This document shows, one piece after another, positions 13,190-26,675 of a DNA stretch of 58,300 nt. Source of the stretch: Chiloscyllium plagiosum (lineage: Eukaryota); contig NC_057749.1 in the NCBI RefSeq assembly GCF_004010195.1, positions 8,125,901 through 8,184,200 of the forward strand. Direction: 5' to 3'. The position numbers and the translations under genes are program-made. Under the pieces are notes generated by a model, which made no database searches, had not been told where the DNA came from, and saw only the letters and a program-made list of their open reading frames with translations. Within the stretch, counting starts at the first letter, position 1, and every line of letters starts with the position of its first letter.

Positions 13190-14145
13190 TTTTATCAACG
13201 TTATGTTGAGATTGTACAGGACGTTGGCGAGGCATCTTCTGAAGTACTGTGTCAAGTTCTGGTCGTCCTGTTATAGGAAGGATATTATTAAGCTGGAGAG
13301 GGCTCAGAAGAGATTTACCAGGATGTTGCGAGGACTGGAGATTTGAGTTAGAAAGAACGGCTGGAAAGGCTGGGACTTTTCTCACTGAATCCTGTAGATT
13401 CCCTCCAGGAATCAAATGAATCATGGCCACATAGGGATGTGAAGTGACAGGGAGGTAGTGGTTGCAAGGAATGCCTGCTGTGCTCTAAGGTTTCCACAGC
13501 TAGGTCCCCTGTATATTCACTGTGGCCTCATTTGTTTTGGAGTAGGCTGGGGCTATTTTCCCTGGAGCATGGGAGGCTGAGGAGTGGCCTGATAGAGGTT
13601 TATAAAATCACGAGGCTTTTCTCTCTCCACAGATGCTAGTGTGTTACTTGCATTCCTTGAGGTTTGATAAATATTGGTTTGTTAAAGGAATGCACATTTA
13701 TTATCCTGGGCCATATTCCATGGATAGGCTGTGACTTTTTTCACTGGAGCATAGGAGGTTGAGGGGTGACCTTATAGAGGTTTATGAAATCATGAGGGGT
13801 ATAGATAAGGTGTATGGCAGGTGCCTATTCACTCGGATGGAGAAATTTCAAGACGAGGGGGCATACTTTTAAGGTGAGTGGAGAAAGAATTTGAAAAGAC
13901 ACAAAAAGCAATATTTTTACACAGAGAGTGGTTCATGTGTGGCATGAACTGCCAGAGGAAGTGATGGATGCAGATACAGTTACAACATTTAAAAGGCATT
14001 TAGATAAGTACATGAATAGGAAATGTTTGTAATGATATGTGCCAAGTGCAGGCAGGTGGGACTAGTTTAGTTTGAGGATTATTTTCAGCATGGACTGGTT
14101 GGGTCGAAGGATCCATTTCTGTACTGTATTCCTCTCTGACTCTAT
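13190..14145 (+). mobile_element. Fragmented CR1 3' region (three pieces)
   Basis: RT thumb motifs at ~13190-13390, ~13540-13615 and ~13720-14145, the last with 3'UTR. Confidence 0.8.
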
Positions 14146-15269
14146 TTTGATCTTGCACCTGTAAGATGGAAATGAGTGGGCATTTCATAAGTTTGTAATA
14201 TCTCAGGTTTGACTTGTCAATGTGTGTGATGAGTGAGTCAATGTAGGTACACATGTAGCCCAGCTGAATACAATGAAATAATTAATGGTTTAATTAAGCA
14301 ACCTGAATTGCAAGCAGTTTTAAATTCATTGGCACTTTCCGCTTAGCTCCAAGACCTGTTTGCGTTTTTAATAAATGACAGTGCAGATTGCTCATCCTGC
14401 CTGGATATAGGGGCCCAAGACAAATTGAACCATCCAGTAGCTGTGTCCCTTCTGAATTTTCCTCAGGATAGTCTGTGCTAATCCATACACTGCTTTACCT
14501 TATGAAGCTTACAACTGAATGCCTTGAAGACAAAACAATTTCTGGAGATGCTCAAACTTTGAATGTGAGGATGGATGTGCTCGCCTCTTGGTGCAATTTC
14601 TTGAGCTATTTGTAGTTTGTCCCTTTTTCTTGGGAAATGCATCATACAGTGCAATAGGAAGCTGTTTGGTCCATTGTGTCTGTAAGTGACTTGATTGCTC
14701 TTTCCCTGAAGGCCTGCAAACCTTTTCCCTCCCTGTAACCATCCAATTTTATTTGGGACACTATGATCGAATCTGCTTGCAGGTAATGTTTTCCAGGTGA
14801 TAACAACTTACTGTATTGAAAAGAGTTGTATATTAAAATATGTCAGTGCACATTAAATGCTCATTAGGTAAATCATTGAAGGTACATAAAATGAGTGCTA
14901 CAAGGAAAGAAGTGTTGCTGAAACTTTCCATCTTGGCTCCTCAGGAACAAATGCAAGAGTGCTAAATTTCAAATGATCTCAATAATTTATGCTGCAGGAG
15001 AAAAGGGTGCTGATTCATTCCCAAGTCACCACTGATTTATTGAAGCATTGGTATGAAGAAAACAATCGGGGATTTTGGCTCCGCGCACTCACAGTCTTCA
15101 AAATGACTTGAGGTATCAACTTGTTTGCTTTTCTTTGCAGAGAACATATCCCTTGTAAATGTCACTCCCTGCAGGCCTAAAGGTCTTTTTCAAGTGCAAT
15201 GAGGGATGAACAATGAATGCTGCATTAGCCACTGACAGCCGCTTCCCACAAATGGACAAATTTAATATA

Positions 15270-15775
15270 GATTTGATTTGATTTATTGTTGTCACATGCA
15301 CCTTGGTACAGTGAAACATTTTGTTTTGTGAGCAGTACAGGCAGATCATAACAAACAAGAACATATAGCAGCATAGAGGATACAGAAAAGGAAGATCAAC
15401 ATTAGATTTGAGGTTCGAGATCAATCTAATAACTGCGGGGAAGAAGCTGCGCTTGAACCTGTTGGTGCGTGCTTAAACTTCTGTATCTTCTACCAGATGG
15501 AAGAGGTTGGAAGAGAGCATTACCAGGGTGGGAGAGATCCTTGATGATGCTGGCAGCCTTTCCAGGGCAATGCAAAGTGCAAATGGAGTCCATGGATGGG
15601 AGGTTGGCTTCCTTGATGGCCAGGGATGTGCACACAACATTCTGTAGTTTCTGATGGTCCTGAGCAGAGCAGATTATTACTGCACCTGGATAGAATGTTT
15701 TCTATGCTGCATCTGCAGAAGTTGGTGAGGGTCCTTATGAATATGCCAAATTTCCTGAGCCACCTGAGGAAGAAG
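15270..15775 (-). mobile_element. Rex1/Babar-like LINE 3' fragment
   Basis: ORF 15426-15635 KAASIIKDLSHPGNALFQPLPSGRRYRSL matches the Rex/Babar RT C-terminus; (TCAAA)n tail. Confidence 0.8.
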
Positions 15776-15959
15776 GAGCCACTCCGTATTGGTAAACCAT
15801 CAGCCTCAGCTGATCATGATGCCTGCTCTCTGATCAAGTCAGACCCTACTTCAGACTGATGTCTCAACAGTATCCTGATGGACCAACCTGAAATTCACAG
15901 ACAACTGTGTGTTGACCTGCAGAACTGACCATAGCCAAACCCCTGCCATGTAATCGGAC

Positions 15960-16142
15960 TGAAATAAAACAGAAACACTGTGGGATTCTGAAGGTTTGAA
16001 ACAAAAACCAAAGCTGCGAGAGACACTCAGCAGGTCTGGCAGCATCTGTGCAGAGAGGAAGCAAAGTTAACATTTCGAGTCCAGTGACCCTTCTTCAGAA
16101 CACACCCAGACATTAGTCACTGGACTCGAAACATTAACTCTG
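15960..16142 (-). mobile_element. PLE-derived short element, family B, with short inverted arm
   Basis: Minus-strand tail + HHR, followed by inverted gtcactggactcgaaacattaactctg at ~16116-16142. Confidence 0.75.
16066..16101 (-). ncRNA. Minimal type I hammerhead ribozyme motif (family B)
   Basis: GUU-CUGAAGA-A-GGGUC-ACUG-GACUC-GAAA-UG-UU-AAC: stem I GUU/AAC, 5-bp stem II (one G-U), complete core. Confidence 0.7.
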
Positions 16143-16194
16143 ATGTCACTGGCATCAATGACCAGTTTGAATGGTGTCTCATAATTTGATGGTG

Positions 16195-16427
16195 TTCAAA
16201 GTTTGTGAGAAGATTTGTAGCTCGGGTGCTCGTTGTTGTGGTTCTGTTCGCCAAGAGTGGACAGCTGAAACTGACAACCGGAAGTGGCAGGGACAGGCCA
16301 CTATAAATGCCGGAGGAAACACCACAGAAGCGCTTCACAGGAGGCTCCCAAGCACTGAGGATGTCACCTAGACAGGGGACGAAACGTTTGCAACAAAAAC
16401 TTCCAGCTCGGCGAACAGAACCACAGC
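16195..16427 (-). mobile_element. Penelope-like insertion, family D, inverted arms, 12-bp TSD
   Basis: Same family as 40778-41214; perfect flanking duplication aatttgatggtg at 16183-16194 and 16428-16439. Confidence 0.85.
16352..16391 (+). ncRNA. Minimal type I hammerhead ribozyme motif (family D)
   Basis: GCA-CUGAGGA-U-GUCACCU-AGAC-AGGGGAC-GAAA-CG-UU-UGC. Confidence 0.75.
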
Positions 16428-16602
16428 AATTTGATGGTGCTAAAGTTGGTGCAGTTGCGAGCACAGAATATCCTGCCTTCTCCACCTCTCCTGAGATGTG
16501 ATGACTCTCATGTTGAAGCACCACTCTAATGAGAGAGCAGCCCTATGGTCTGGTAGGACTATGTTGACTTTCATTCGCCTTTGACATATTACACAGTAAG
16601 TA

Positions 16603-16840
16603 GAATCATACAATCCCTATAGTGTAGGAGCAGGCCATGCAATTCATCAAGTCCACACCATCCCCTCCGAGTAGCATCTCACCCAGACCCACCCCCTTAC
16701 CCTATTCCAATAGCCCTGCATTTTCCATGGCCATATTACCTCACCTGCACATCTTTGGATTATAAGAGGAAACCAGAGCACCTGGAGGAAATCCACGCAG
16801 ACCCGGGGCGAATGCGCAAACTCCACACCGACAGTCACAG
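16603..16840 (-). mobile_element. HE1-type SINE (5'-truncated) abutting a family A PLE tail (~16848-16972, +)
   Basis: HE1 body, then gatgaaggacttgtgctcaaaacgttgattctcctgctcc...ctcactttctcc. Confidence 0.75.
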
Positions 16841-17799
16841 ACATGGGTAGATGAAGGACTTGTGCTCAAAACGTTGATTCTCCTGCTCCTCGGATGCTGT
16901 CTGAACTGCCAAGCTTTTCCAGCACCACACTCTCGACTCTGATCTCCATTATCTGCAGTCCTCACTTTCTCCTCGAGGGAAATGGGTGAAAGGCAGGCAA
17001 GTGGGACTAGTTTAGTTTGGGAAACCTGGTTAGCATGGATGAGTCGGACCAAAGGATCTGTTTTTGTGCTGTATGATTCTATGGCTGTTCTCTTCATAGC
17101 AGAGAGATGACTGATGGTTGTTTAACCTCAGAGTCACCTCGCCTCAGATGAGGGGAGAGGTTGAGGAGGAGAGTCTTTCATGGTAACCTCAGCCAGGGCA
17201 GGAATTGAACCCATGCTGTTGGCATCACCCTGCGTGACAAACTACATTCTATTTTTTTCTGAGTTCAGAAAGGTGGGATAACTGACATTTTTAAGTCATC
17301 TCTATATTTCTTTGAGCCAGCTACCATCTCTCTACGATGTCAATCCTGCCCATGGCAATACAAATCAAGCTATATAACAGACAGGCTCACACTCAGTGGC
17401 AATGGGGGATTTTCCGATTTTGATGGACTCTCTTTGTATCAACACTCTTGTTTCGAGATTAATTAAGTCAAAAGTTGCTTAAGAGCTAGTATTGGCTGTT
17501 TTCAATGCTAATGTGTCTGAGTTGCCAGGCAACCAATGAATTGGATAATACTGATTGCTGAACACTGAGAGCACGAAATAGCCAGTCATTAACTCTGTAC
17601 CTTACAATGTTTGACAACTGACTGCAAAACCACAGACATCACTTGAAAGGAGTGTCATGACATTAAAACATAGCTCTGATTGAAATGTTGTGTTGTCTAA
17701 TCTTTGTTGCTCGGTTTTTCCAGTCTGGAATCTAATTCAGCTGTTCTTGGACAATGCCTATGTTTGGGTTGTTTTGGGGTAATCAATATTAAGGTAACA

Positions 17800-18520
17800 C
17801 ATGTACCATCTCCATCAAGAGAGAATACAGTCACCTCTCCTTGATACTTGGTTGCATTTCCATCACCCAATCATATGCCACCAACATCCTAACAGTCATC
17901 ACGGATCAGAAACCTAATTGGACCACTTGCATAAATCCTGTGGCTACATAACTCGATTAGAGGTATTCTGCACTGAGTAACTCACCTCCTGACTCTCTAA
18001 AGCCTGTTCCCTATCAACAATACACAAGTCCGGAGTGTGGTGGAAGGCTCTCCATATACCTGGGTGAGTGCAGATCCAATAACACTCAAGAAGCTTGACA
18101 CCATGCAGATAAAAGCAGCCCCTTGATTGGCACCCAATCCAACAACTTAAACATTCACTTCCTCCTTCACTGGCACACAGTGTTTGGACAGTGTGCCATC
18201 CACCAAATATATTGCAACAACTCACCAAGGATTCTTTTACAGCACTTTACAAACCCATGGCCTCTACCTTCTAGAAAGACAAGGGCAATAGACAGATGGG
18301 AACACCATCCCCTGCAAGTTCCCTTCCAAGTCATTCACCACCCTGACTTGGAAATATGTCATCCTTCCTTCAGTGTCGCTATGTCAAAATCCTGGAATTC
18401 CCTCCTAACAGCACAATGGAAGTTTCACATCACATGGACAGTTGTAATTCAAGAAGGTGGTTCTCAAGGACAATTTGAGATGTATCAAAACTGCTGGCTT
18501 AATATCACTTATGAATGCAT
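17800..18520 (+). mobile_element. CR1/L2-like LINE 3' fragment (second LINE family)
   Basis: Homologous to 27155-28705; degenerate RT thumb (caagtccggagtgtggtggaa...ctcaagaagcttgacaccat). Confidence 0.7.
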
Positions 18521-19014
18521 AAACGGTGGAAAGAAATTTAAACAGGAGTATTTTAGCCTCTTATGTGCTTACCTGAGAAATGGTGAGCATTATTTATTTG
18601 TATTCCCTGATCGCCTTGAGAAATTGGTAGTGAGTCTTCACATTGAAAGACCTACCTACTCCTATGGTCCATGTTCTTATGAAATGCCGCCCTCCTTTGG
18701 CAATAGTGCTCTCATGTGATATTAGGCAGGGACTTCCAAGACTCTGAATCAGGGTCAATGAAAGAATGCAAACATATGAACAAGGAACAAGTGTCGGCCA
18801 CTCAATAAGATTATGGTTAATCTGATTTTAAACTCAACTCTACTTCCCTCCCTGATTATGTTTCACCTCCCAGTAACCAAGAATCTATCTACATCTGCCT
18901 CAAAAATTTTAAAATTTTGCACCTACAGCCTTTTGAGTGAAATTAAGAGTCAATCACATTGCTGTCAGTCTGGAATCACAGGGAAAGAATGTTAGTGAAG
19001 GAAGTAAATTACTG

Positions 19015-19325
19015 GGCTGGTATAGTGGTTCAATGGTTAGCACTTTTGCCTCACAGTGCCAGGAACCTGGATTTGATTCCAGCCTGGAGTGACTATCTTT
19101 TTAGAGTTTGTACATTCTCCCTGCGTCTGCATGGAGTTGACTCTAGTTTCCTCCCACACTCCAAAGATGTGCAGATTAGGTGGATGGGCCATGCTAAATT
19201 GCCCATAGTGTGCAGGCTAGTTTGGGTCAGCCATGGGAAGTGCAGGGATGAGATGGGTCTGGGTGGGGTGCTCGTCGGAGGGTTGGCATGGACTTGATGG
19301 GCCAAATGGCCTGCTTCCACACTGT
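19015..19325 (+). mobile_element. HE1-type SINE (a further partial copy at ~19420-19660)
   Basis: tggttcaatggttagcact head, HE1 body. Confidence 0.8.
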
Positions 19326-19779
19326 GGGGGATTTTGCAGTAGTTTGCCCACTTTTTAATTTCAGATCATCTTATTAACTAGAATGAAATTCTACTCATTT
19401 TTAAGCTTTGTTTTAATAATGGGGCGACTGTCTGTGAGGAGTTTGCACGTTTTCCTTGTGTCTGTTTGGGTTTCATCACACAATCCAAAGATGTGCAGGT
19501 TAGGTGGATTGGCCATACTAAATTGCCCATAATATCCAGGGATATGCAGACTAGGTGGATTGTCCATAGGGCATGCAGGATAGAGTGGCGGGGGGGTCTG
19601 GGTTGGATGCTTTCCAGAGGGTCAATGTGGACTCAATGGGCCGTATGACCTGTTTCCACACTATCAAGATCCAATGAAGTCAGGATGGTGAGTGACTTGG
19701 AGGGGAACTTGAAGGTGGTGGTGTTCCCATGTATCTGCTGCCCTTGAGCTTCAAGGTGGACGTGGTTGTGGAAGATGCT

Positions 19780-19986
19780 GAGTCAAGAGTGTGCTGCTGG
19801 AAAAGCACAGCAGGCCAGGCAGCATCCAAGGAGCAGGAGAATCGACATTTCGGGCATACACCTGATGAAGGGTTTATGACCGAAACGTCAATTCTCCTGC
19901 TCCTCGGATGCTGCCTGACCTGCTGTACTTTTCCAGCAGCACACTCTCGATTTTGATCTCCAGCATCTGCAGTCCTCACTTTCTCC
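19780..19986 (+). mobile_element. Palindromic PLE-derived element, family A, HHR core at 19862-19889
   Basis: Left arm is the reverse complement of the right arm minus a ~35-nt tail; CTGATGA-A-GGGTTTATGACC-GAAA-CG-TC at the centre; flanks gtggaagatgct (19768-19779) and gtggaaggtgct (19990-20001). Confidence 0.85.
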
Positions 19987-20721
19987 GACGTGGAAGGTGC
20001 TCTCTGAGGATCTTTCTAAACTTTGTAGTCAGATTGAGAACGTTACTCAACTGGACTACCGTCTCACACTTCTACATGACAGACTGAGTCAAATGTATTT
20101 GCAAGCATACATTTTGATTTTTAATATTCATGCATATTATTTTGGATGTGTGCTTGTATAGTGGATATTGCTTTCTATTGCAACACAATGATGACTTTGT
20201 AAGCTGGAGCTTTGATATTTATTTTATATATTTATTTATGAGTTCCAATGAAGTGCAGAGTGAATGCGATAGAAGCTGAAAACCTTTTGATGTCTGAAAA
20301 TGCTGACTGCTCTTTCAGCCCAACTCAAGAAGCATCAAAGGGACATTTATCCTTTCTTGCTGAAGAGGTCTGAGAGCTTTATTTGCGCTGGAAGATCCAG
20401 GAACAGAGTGGGACCCTTTGAGGATTTCATTATCAAAGCACCTGCTTCGCTTGAATCAAAATTAAATCATATGCTGTGTAGTTAGCTTTCATGTCACCCT
20501 TACAGGGTTGGTGGTCATAAGGGGGAGAGCTGAGAAAGATGAGCTTTAAACATGAGCTGTTATTTTTTATAAGTTAACAGGAAAATAGTTCTGCTTTGCC
20601 AAGATGTTTGCAACTGTGTTTTCAGCGGTAGATATTTAATATTTCGTATTAATTAGAATCAGTACCTGTGTCACTCTCCTCCACACAGCACCTCATTTCT
20701 TTATAGACTGCTGTCCTTGCA

Positions 20722-21005
20722 GAATAGAATCCCGACAGTGTGGAAACACACACCGAGTCTACAGAGAGCATCCCACTCAGGCCCATCCCTGGAACCCTGC
20801 ATTTCCAGCATACCTAACTTACACATCCCTGGACACTTCAGGGTAATTTAGCACGGCCAATCCACCTAACTTGCACACTATTAGACTGTGGGATGAAACA
20901 GGGGAATGAGCAAACTCTACTCAGATAGTCACCTGACAGTGGAATTGACCCCGGGTCCCTGGCACTGAGATAGTAGCGCTAACCACTGAGTCACGGTACC
21001 TCCCC
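20722..21005 (-). mobile_element. HE1-type SINE, decayed
   Basis: Similar to the other HE1 copies. Confidence 0.75.
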
Positions 21006-22829
21006 AAACTTTTCTGCCAAGATATTGTAAGTTGTCTATGATAACTGCATTACTTACAGGAAAGACAGCGCAAAACTGCTCCAGGAATATCTGATAAATG
21101 AAAAAATAATTACATTTTATTTCTAAAAGGTAGAACCTTACAAGATTTGCAATCTCTTACTTATTTAGGGTGCTCACAAAAATGTATCATTTTTGTCCCT
21201 TAACTAATACAATCTTGATAACTTTTTTAGAAGAAAATTAATCAGAATTAAGCCATTGAACCTGTAACAGAAACATCATCCTATTACAGAATTGACTGTA
21301 AATCATTATGTCCCTTCTAACCAGTATGAAAAGCAGGTTATGTGTGGAAGAAAACAACATATAAGCTAAATATTTGTGCTCAGTCTCCCAAATGCTATTA
21401 AAAAGGCACATGGCATTTCCTAATGGTAGTAATAGAGATTATTTATAGATGACAGCAAATGTGTTCTCAAAAAAACATGTTTGAAAGTTTTTAATCATTT
21501 TGTAATATTCTCTTATGAGTTCTTTCTGCACCATCTAAGAACTGTAGTCAAGGAAGGAGGCAGCCTGCTCTCTAACATGATCGCAGCTTGCCAAAGGAGG
21601 TCCTTCAGTCCATTAAGTGCATGGCTAGCTCACTGTCAGGCAATCCAGTCAAAGCGTTTGGATTTTTCTTTTAAGGAGTATGACAGTTAGCTAGAGAGCT
21701 GGGAAGGCAGCTGAAATAAGGAATCAAGGGCAAGTTGTATGGCTCTGGGCTGTTAGAAAAAGCTCAGGAAGAATGTTAAGGAATTAGTATGAAGTTAAGA
21801 GTTGGAGTCAGGATGCAGAAGTCATGTGCCTCAAATCGCACTGTGAGTTTTAGTTCTGTACAAGTTAGTCAACCAGAAGACAAAGTCAGGAACTCCCAGC
21901 AGGCTTAGACTTCAAAATAACACTATCACACATTAACTCAAAATGTCACAGTGCATGGTAAGCACGGATGTCGGTAAGGACTAATCTTTGTGTGTTCATA
22001 TCTTGTGTGTCTTCCAATCAAGGGTCACTGGACCTAAAACGTTAAGTCTGATTTCTGCCTACAGATGCTACCAGACCTGCTGAGTTTTTCCAGCAATTTC
22101 TTATTTTGTTCTCATATTCTAGTGTGTTCTAACTCTGCCTGTACTGTAGTATTTATGCTTAGTGATGTTGGCTCTGTGGCATCACCACAACATTGCTCCA
22201 GGGTCTTGAAAACCTGACATGACCATGGTGAGCCACCTTCTTCAACTGGTGTAGACCTCAAGGGAATTTCAGGAGTTTTATCTAGTGATAGGGAAGCAAT
22301 GGTAATCTAGTTCGAAGTAAAGATGGTGTGTAGCTTGGAAGGAAAATTGCAGGTCATGTTTTTTGCAGTCTTGTCCTTTTAAGTAGTTGGGGCTGCAGGT
22401 TCTAATGGTCCCTTGGCTGACAAGGAAGACTCATGGAATTGTTGGCTAGGGATCAGTAGCAAGATATTCAGCAATAAAGTAACTATCTGACAATGTAAAT
22501 GAAGTAATGGAGTCACAATGAGAATTTTTTTCAGGCAGATGACAGTTACCATCTGGGATACAGAGCCTGAGAGTGGAGTGGGAGCAGTTCAGAGTCGAGA
22601 GTGGGGTGCTGGAAAAGCACAGCATGTCAGGCAGCTTCTGAGGAGCAGGACGTTTCAGGCAAAAGTCCTTCATCAGGAATGAGGCTGAAGGGGGAGGAGG
22701 AGGAGGAGCATGAAGAGGGAGGTAGTTCAGTTGAGGACTCAAGAGGAAATTAGATTATTTTCTGCAAAGGAGCAATGTGAAGGGCTGTACTTTGGACACA
22801 AGTGTTCAGCTAAGAAATAGGCCATCAAG

Positions 22830-23295
22830 ACTGTAAAGTCTATCGATACGACCGTTAAACAGACGTCTGCAGAGATAACGATTCTGATAAATCATGTGGG
22901 GGTATTACAGAGATGTCAGATAAAGAATCAGACGATACAATCTACACCTTAGAGTTTGTTGGCAACAGCACATTGAAAGTGGGAAACAGTTTGTAATTCT
23001 TGTGATGAAAACAGCAGATCGAAGGCATCAAAGAATAATGAAGTGCCGGATAGACACAGGTGTTTTCTGCAACAATAAGAGCAGTGTAAGTTTACACCTG
23101 ATAGTGATCCAAGGGTTAAATCCTTGAGCGGGACGTTGAGGCTTTGAGATAGAATGATACTCGCCCCAACAGAGAAAATTAGTCAAACCACAATCATAAG
23201 ACTGAAGATCCGTGAATTCCAGATGATAGACACAGTGTTAAAGTCACACTTCTGAGCTGCAGCATGTCTAAAGCTCGGGCTAGTAACACTAAGCA
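22830..23295 (+). pseudogene. Decayed Gypsy-type LTR retrotransposon aspartic protease region
   Basis: 23035 onward translates IMKCRIDTGVFCN (DTG at 23053-23061); later EFQMIDTVLKSHF*AAACLKLGLVTL resembles the Gypsy protease C-terminus; stops present. Confidence 0.65.
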
Positions 23296-23342
23296 TTTCA
23301 GAAGGGATTCACAGTGTTTGAAAGGAGATTTTGACTGAAGAA

Positions 23343-23625
23343 TGGCACAGTAGCTCAGTAGTTAGCACTGCAGCCTCACAGCACCAGGGACCCAGGTTCG
23401 ATCCCACCCTCAGGGGACTGCTTGTGTGCGGTTTGTACATTCTCCCCGTATCTGCGTGGGTCTCCTCCCAAAGTTCAAAGATATGCAGGTTAGGTGAGTT
23501 GGCCATGCTAAATTGCCCATAGTGTTCAGGTGGACTAGCCATGGGAAACGCAGGGATGGGGTGAGTCTGGGTGGGATGGTCTTCAGAGAGTCAATGGGCC
23601 AAATGGCCTGTTCCCCTTGCAGTAT
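23343..23625 (+). mobile_element. HE1-type SINE
   Basis: tggcacagtagctcagtagttagcact...ggttcgatccc head and HE1 body. Confidence 0.85.
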
Positions 23626-24742
23626 GAGTTCTGTGAACAGGTAGGTAAGTAGAGTAAGATAGAAAGGTTCTGACTCCAAGGCCATCGCAGAAGCATTGCC
23701 TTCCAGGAGGCTATAAATTCAAATAAAGAAGGGAGAGAAGAGCGACTGGACTCGAAATGTTGACTGTTTCTCTCTTTCCACAGATGCTGCCATACCTGCA
23801 GAGATTCTCTAGCAATTTCTGTCTCTGTTTCAGATTTCCCAAACTGCTGTTCTTCGTTTTATTAAAAAGAAGGGTCTGAAGCAGTAGAAACTGACCTGGA
23901 CTAGCCTTATAAATACAATGACTAAGAGAATACTCCACTTTGAAATTCAAATCGTTTCAACAGGAGTAAAGGTAGGTGATGGATACACTTGTGCAGTGAT
24001 ACAGATAGAGCCAGGCAGGTGGATAACGTGGGCCACTGGGGACAATGGCAAAATAAACTTAAGTGTGAAAACAGAATGAAAGTTAGTAAAAACAAAACAG
24101 AATAGACGGGATGGAAAGAAGTGAGAGTAGATCAGTCTGGAAAATTGAGATAAATACAAAGATTAATCCAGTGAGGAAGGAAACGCAATCAGATTGAGAC
24201 TAGTCCATTCAAAGTGAAATTAATACTGCAATATTATCATTTTCTTTCATGCTCAGAAGTGATGCTTTCAACTGCTCCATGAACTAGATTCATAAATGCC
24301 CCTTTGGAAATATCAAGGCAGCATGGCGATTATAAGTGGCAGGTGAAATGAAAACAGAAGGTGCTGGAGAAATTCAGCAGGTCTGAGGACAGAAACAGAG
24401 TTAATGTTTCAAGTCTAAAGACCCTTCTTGGCTTCTTGACAACAAAAGCAGTCATGTAACCAAAAACATAAAAGAATTAAAAGGAAAGAACTCCACTGAC
24501 AGTTTTCTTGTGAATAAACTGAAGTGGAGATAAGTAATCCCAAAACAACATGGGACCCTCCTTCCAGTGTTAAAGGAACATCACAGACTTGTGGTTCCTG
24601 GAAGAGTTCAGTCAAAGGTCAGAGTTTATAAATGCAGCTGACACTTTTTTTTAAAGTCTGGTTTAATTAGCATTGATTACTTTTTAAGAGATAACTTCTC
24701 CCCCGTATCCTGGCCCAAGTTTGGTTCCGCAACAAACACTGA

Positions 24743-24951
24743 TTAAGAAGTGCCGGTATTGAACTGGGGTGGACAAAGTCAGAAGTCACATGGCACCAGG
24801 TTATAGTTCAACAGGTTTATTTGAAATCACAAGCTTTTGGAGCACTGCTCCTTCATCAGGTGGAGTGAAGGAGGGGCAGTGCTCCAAAAGCTTGTGATTT
24901 CAAATAAACCTGTTGAACTATAATCTGGCATCATGTGACATTTGACCTTCT
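24743..24951 (-). mobile_element. Palindromic PLE-derived element, family C, mutated HHR at 24828-24862
   Basis: Inverted arms; minus CAC-CUGAUGA-A-GGAGC-AGU-GCUCC-AAAA-GC-UU-GUG (G12 to A); TSD aacaaacactga (24731-24742) / aacaaacattga (24952-24963). Confidence 0.85.
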
Positions 24952-24984
24952 AACAAACATTGACAGAATAGCAGATGATCTTTC

Positions 24985-25320
24985 ACTTTGGTTTGCAGGA
25001 TTCTTAGATAGCTGCTGAGTACAATGCTCAATGTGTGGATTCTGTCACAAATAGGGCAGGCTGTGCTAGAAGGGTGGGTAAGGCAGGTTATTTGGAAGTT
25101 AGTGTGCTCCCTCTTATGCTTTGATTTCTCCCTTGCACATTCCTGACAAATCCTCTCATTGTGTTCAGTGATTGAACCTTCACCATTCCGGTCAGCCATA
25201 AGTCAAGGTCTGCCGTGAGTTGGCAGAGAAGTGTGACCTCTTCAACGAGGCTTTGGGAACATCCCCCTGGATTTTCCTTTGTGAGTCTCCTTCCATGATT
25301 GAGTTCCAAGTAAGATTCAG
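24985..25320 (-). mobile_element. RTE-like LINE 3' fragment
   Basis: ORF 24918-25199 CPICDRI...LSSYLRIL resembles the decayed C-terminal C2H2 finger of RTE elements. Confidence 0.5.
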
Positions 25321-25911
25321 TCAATACTGTCTATGTTAAACCGCTAGACTGTATATTCCAAAAGTGCATGAGGAAGAAGTATAACTTAAGTAATGCAATA
25401 AAATAAGTTTGTGCACAATTTTGTGTTGAATGCTATACTCCAAGCAACTTCACCCTCAAATGCGGGTGACAAAATAATTTCAATGCATTGTTAGATTAAA
25501 GTTTGTACTATTGGCTATCTATCATACATAGACCATGACAATTGTAGTACAATTTAAATATTGTTTTCAGCAACACAATAACCATCAGTGGATAATCGCA
25601 AATCCATGGTCTGTAAGAACAGTGTAGAAACTAGAGTGAAGGGCCACCTATTGTAAATTCTTCAAAGTAAAATAAGTTTGGGAAGATTGCAGCTGACTCA
25701 GTTGCCATCACCCAAGGGCAGTTTTCAATTCCTCCTGTTTTCAAGTTGGGTTAAATATTTACAAAGTAGCCTGATGCTATAAACTGAACATCATTGACTG
25801 GAAACAAAAATCAGCTGAGTTTTGCTTTCTATAGCTTCCTTGATTCAAGGGAGTTTTGGTTAATAGTTCCTAGACTTGAGGAAGTTGATATCTGATATCT
25901 TGCCAATCAGT

Positions 25912-26120
25912 TTGTGTGTGGAATGAACTGCCAGAGAAAGTGGTGGATGTAGGTAAAGTTACAATGTTTAAAAGGTGTTTGGACAAGGACATGAATAGAC
26001 AACGTTTGGAGAGATATGGGCCAAGCGCAGGAAGGTGGGACCAGTTTAGTTTGGGAACATGGTTGGCATGGAATGGTTGGATCAAAGGGTCTGTTTCCCT
26101 GCTATATGACTCTATGACTC
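25912..26120 (+). mobile_element. CR1 3' end
   Basis: WNELPEKVVDVGKVTMFKRCLD; tatgactctatgactc tail. Confidence 0.9.
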
Positions 26121-26424
26121 CACAAGCAGTGAAAAACACTGTCATATGGCAAAGATTATGCATCATCATGAAACATTGGGGTTTGATCCCTGTTTTCTTT
26201 TTTGGTTTATCTCCATTGAGTCACTTTGGCTCATACAATGATAGTTACAGGGCCATCCTGCAATTATAAATTGTGTTTTGTTTAAATATGCATACAAGCC
26301 CGAGAGAGAGTTGAGGAGATATACCGTGACTTTCATCTTGAGGAAGAACTGGAGGAGCAGTATTGTTCTTCTTGGAACAGAAAGCGGGATTGGGGGGAAA
26401 CTTGACAAACCAAAAGACACATGA

Positions 26425-26675
26425 AAACAGACACAAAGACTGCTGGAGAAACTCAGCAGGCCAGGCAGAATCTGGGGATTGAGAAACAGTTAACATTTCA
26501 AGTTGGATGAAATTCTTCTTCCAAATCTGCTCTGAAGTTCCCACAGTTCTGAAGAAGATTCACACTGGTTTTGAAATGTTCACTCTGTTTCTCTCTCCAC
26601 AGATGCTGTCAGATCTGCAGAGTTTCTCCAGCATTCTCTTTGCTTATTTCCAGCATTTGCAGTGTTTTGCTTTTA
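26425..26675 (+). mobile_element. Older palindromic PLE-derived element, family B-like
   Basis: Inverted arms around the degenerate core cagttctgaagaagattcacactggttttgaaatgtt. Confidence 0.7.

Noticed and set aside
18123..18719. 198-aa ORF as a gene
   Set aside because: Runs through decayed LINE fragments; no coherent domain
19780..19986. MITE or pre-miRNA interpretation of the palindromes
   Set aside because: Asymmetric arms, a one-sided tail, variable junctions, long TSDs and an HHR core fit PLE retrotransposition better
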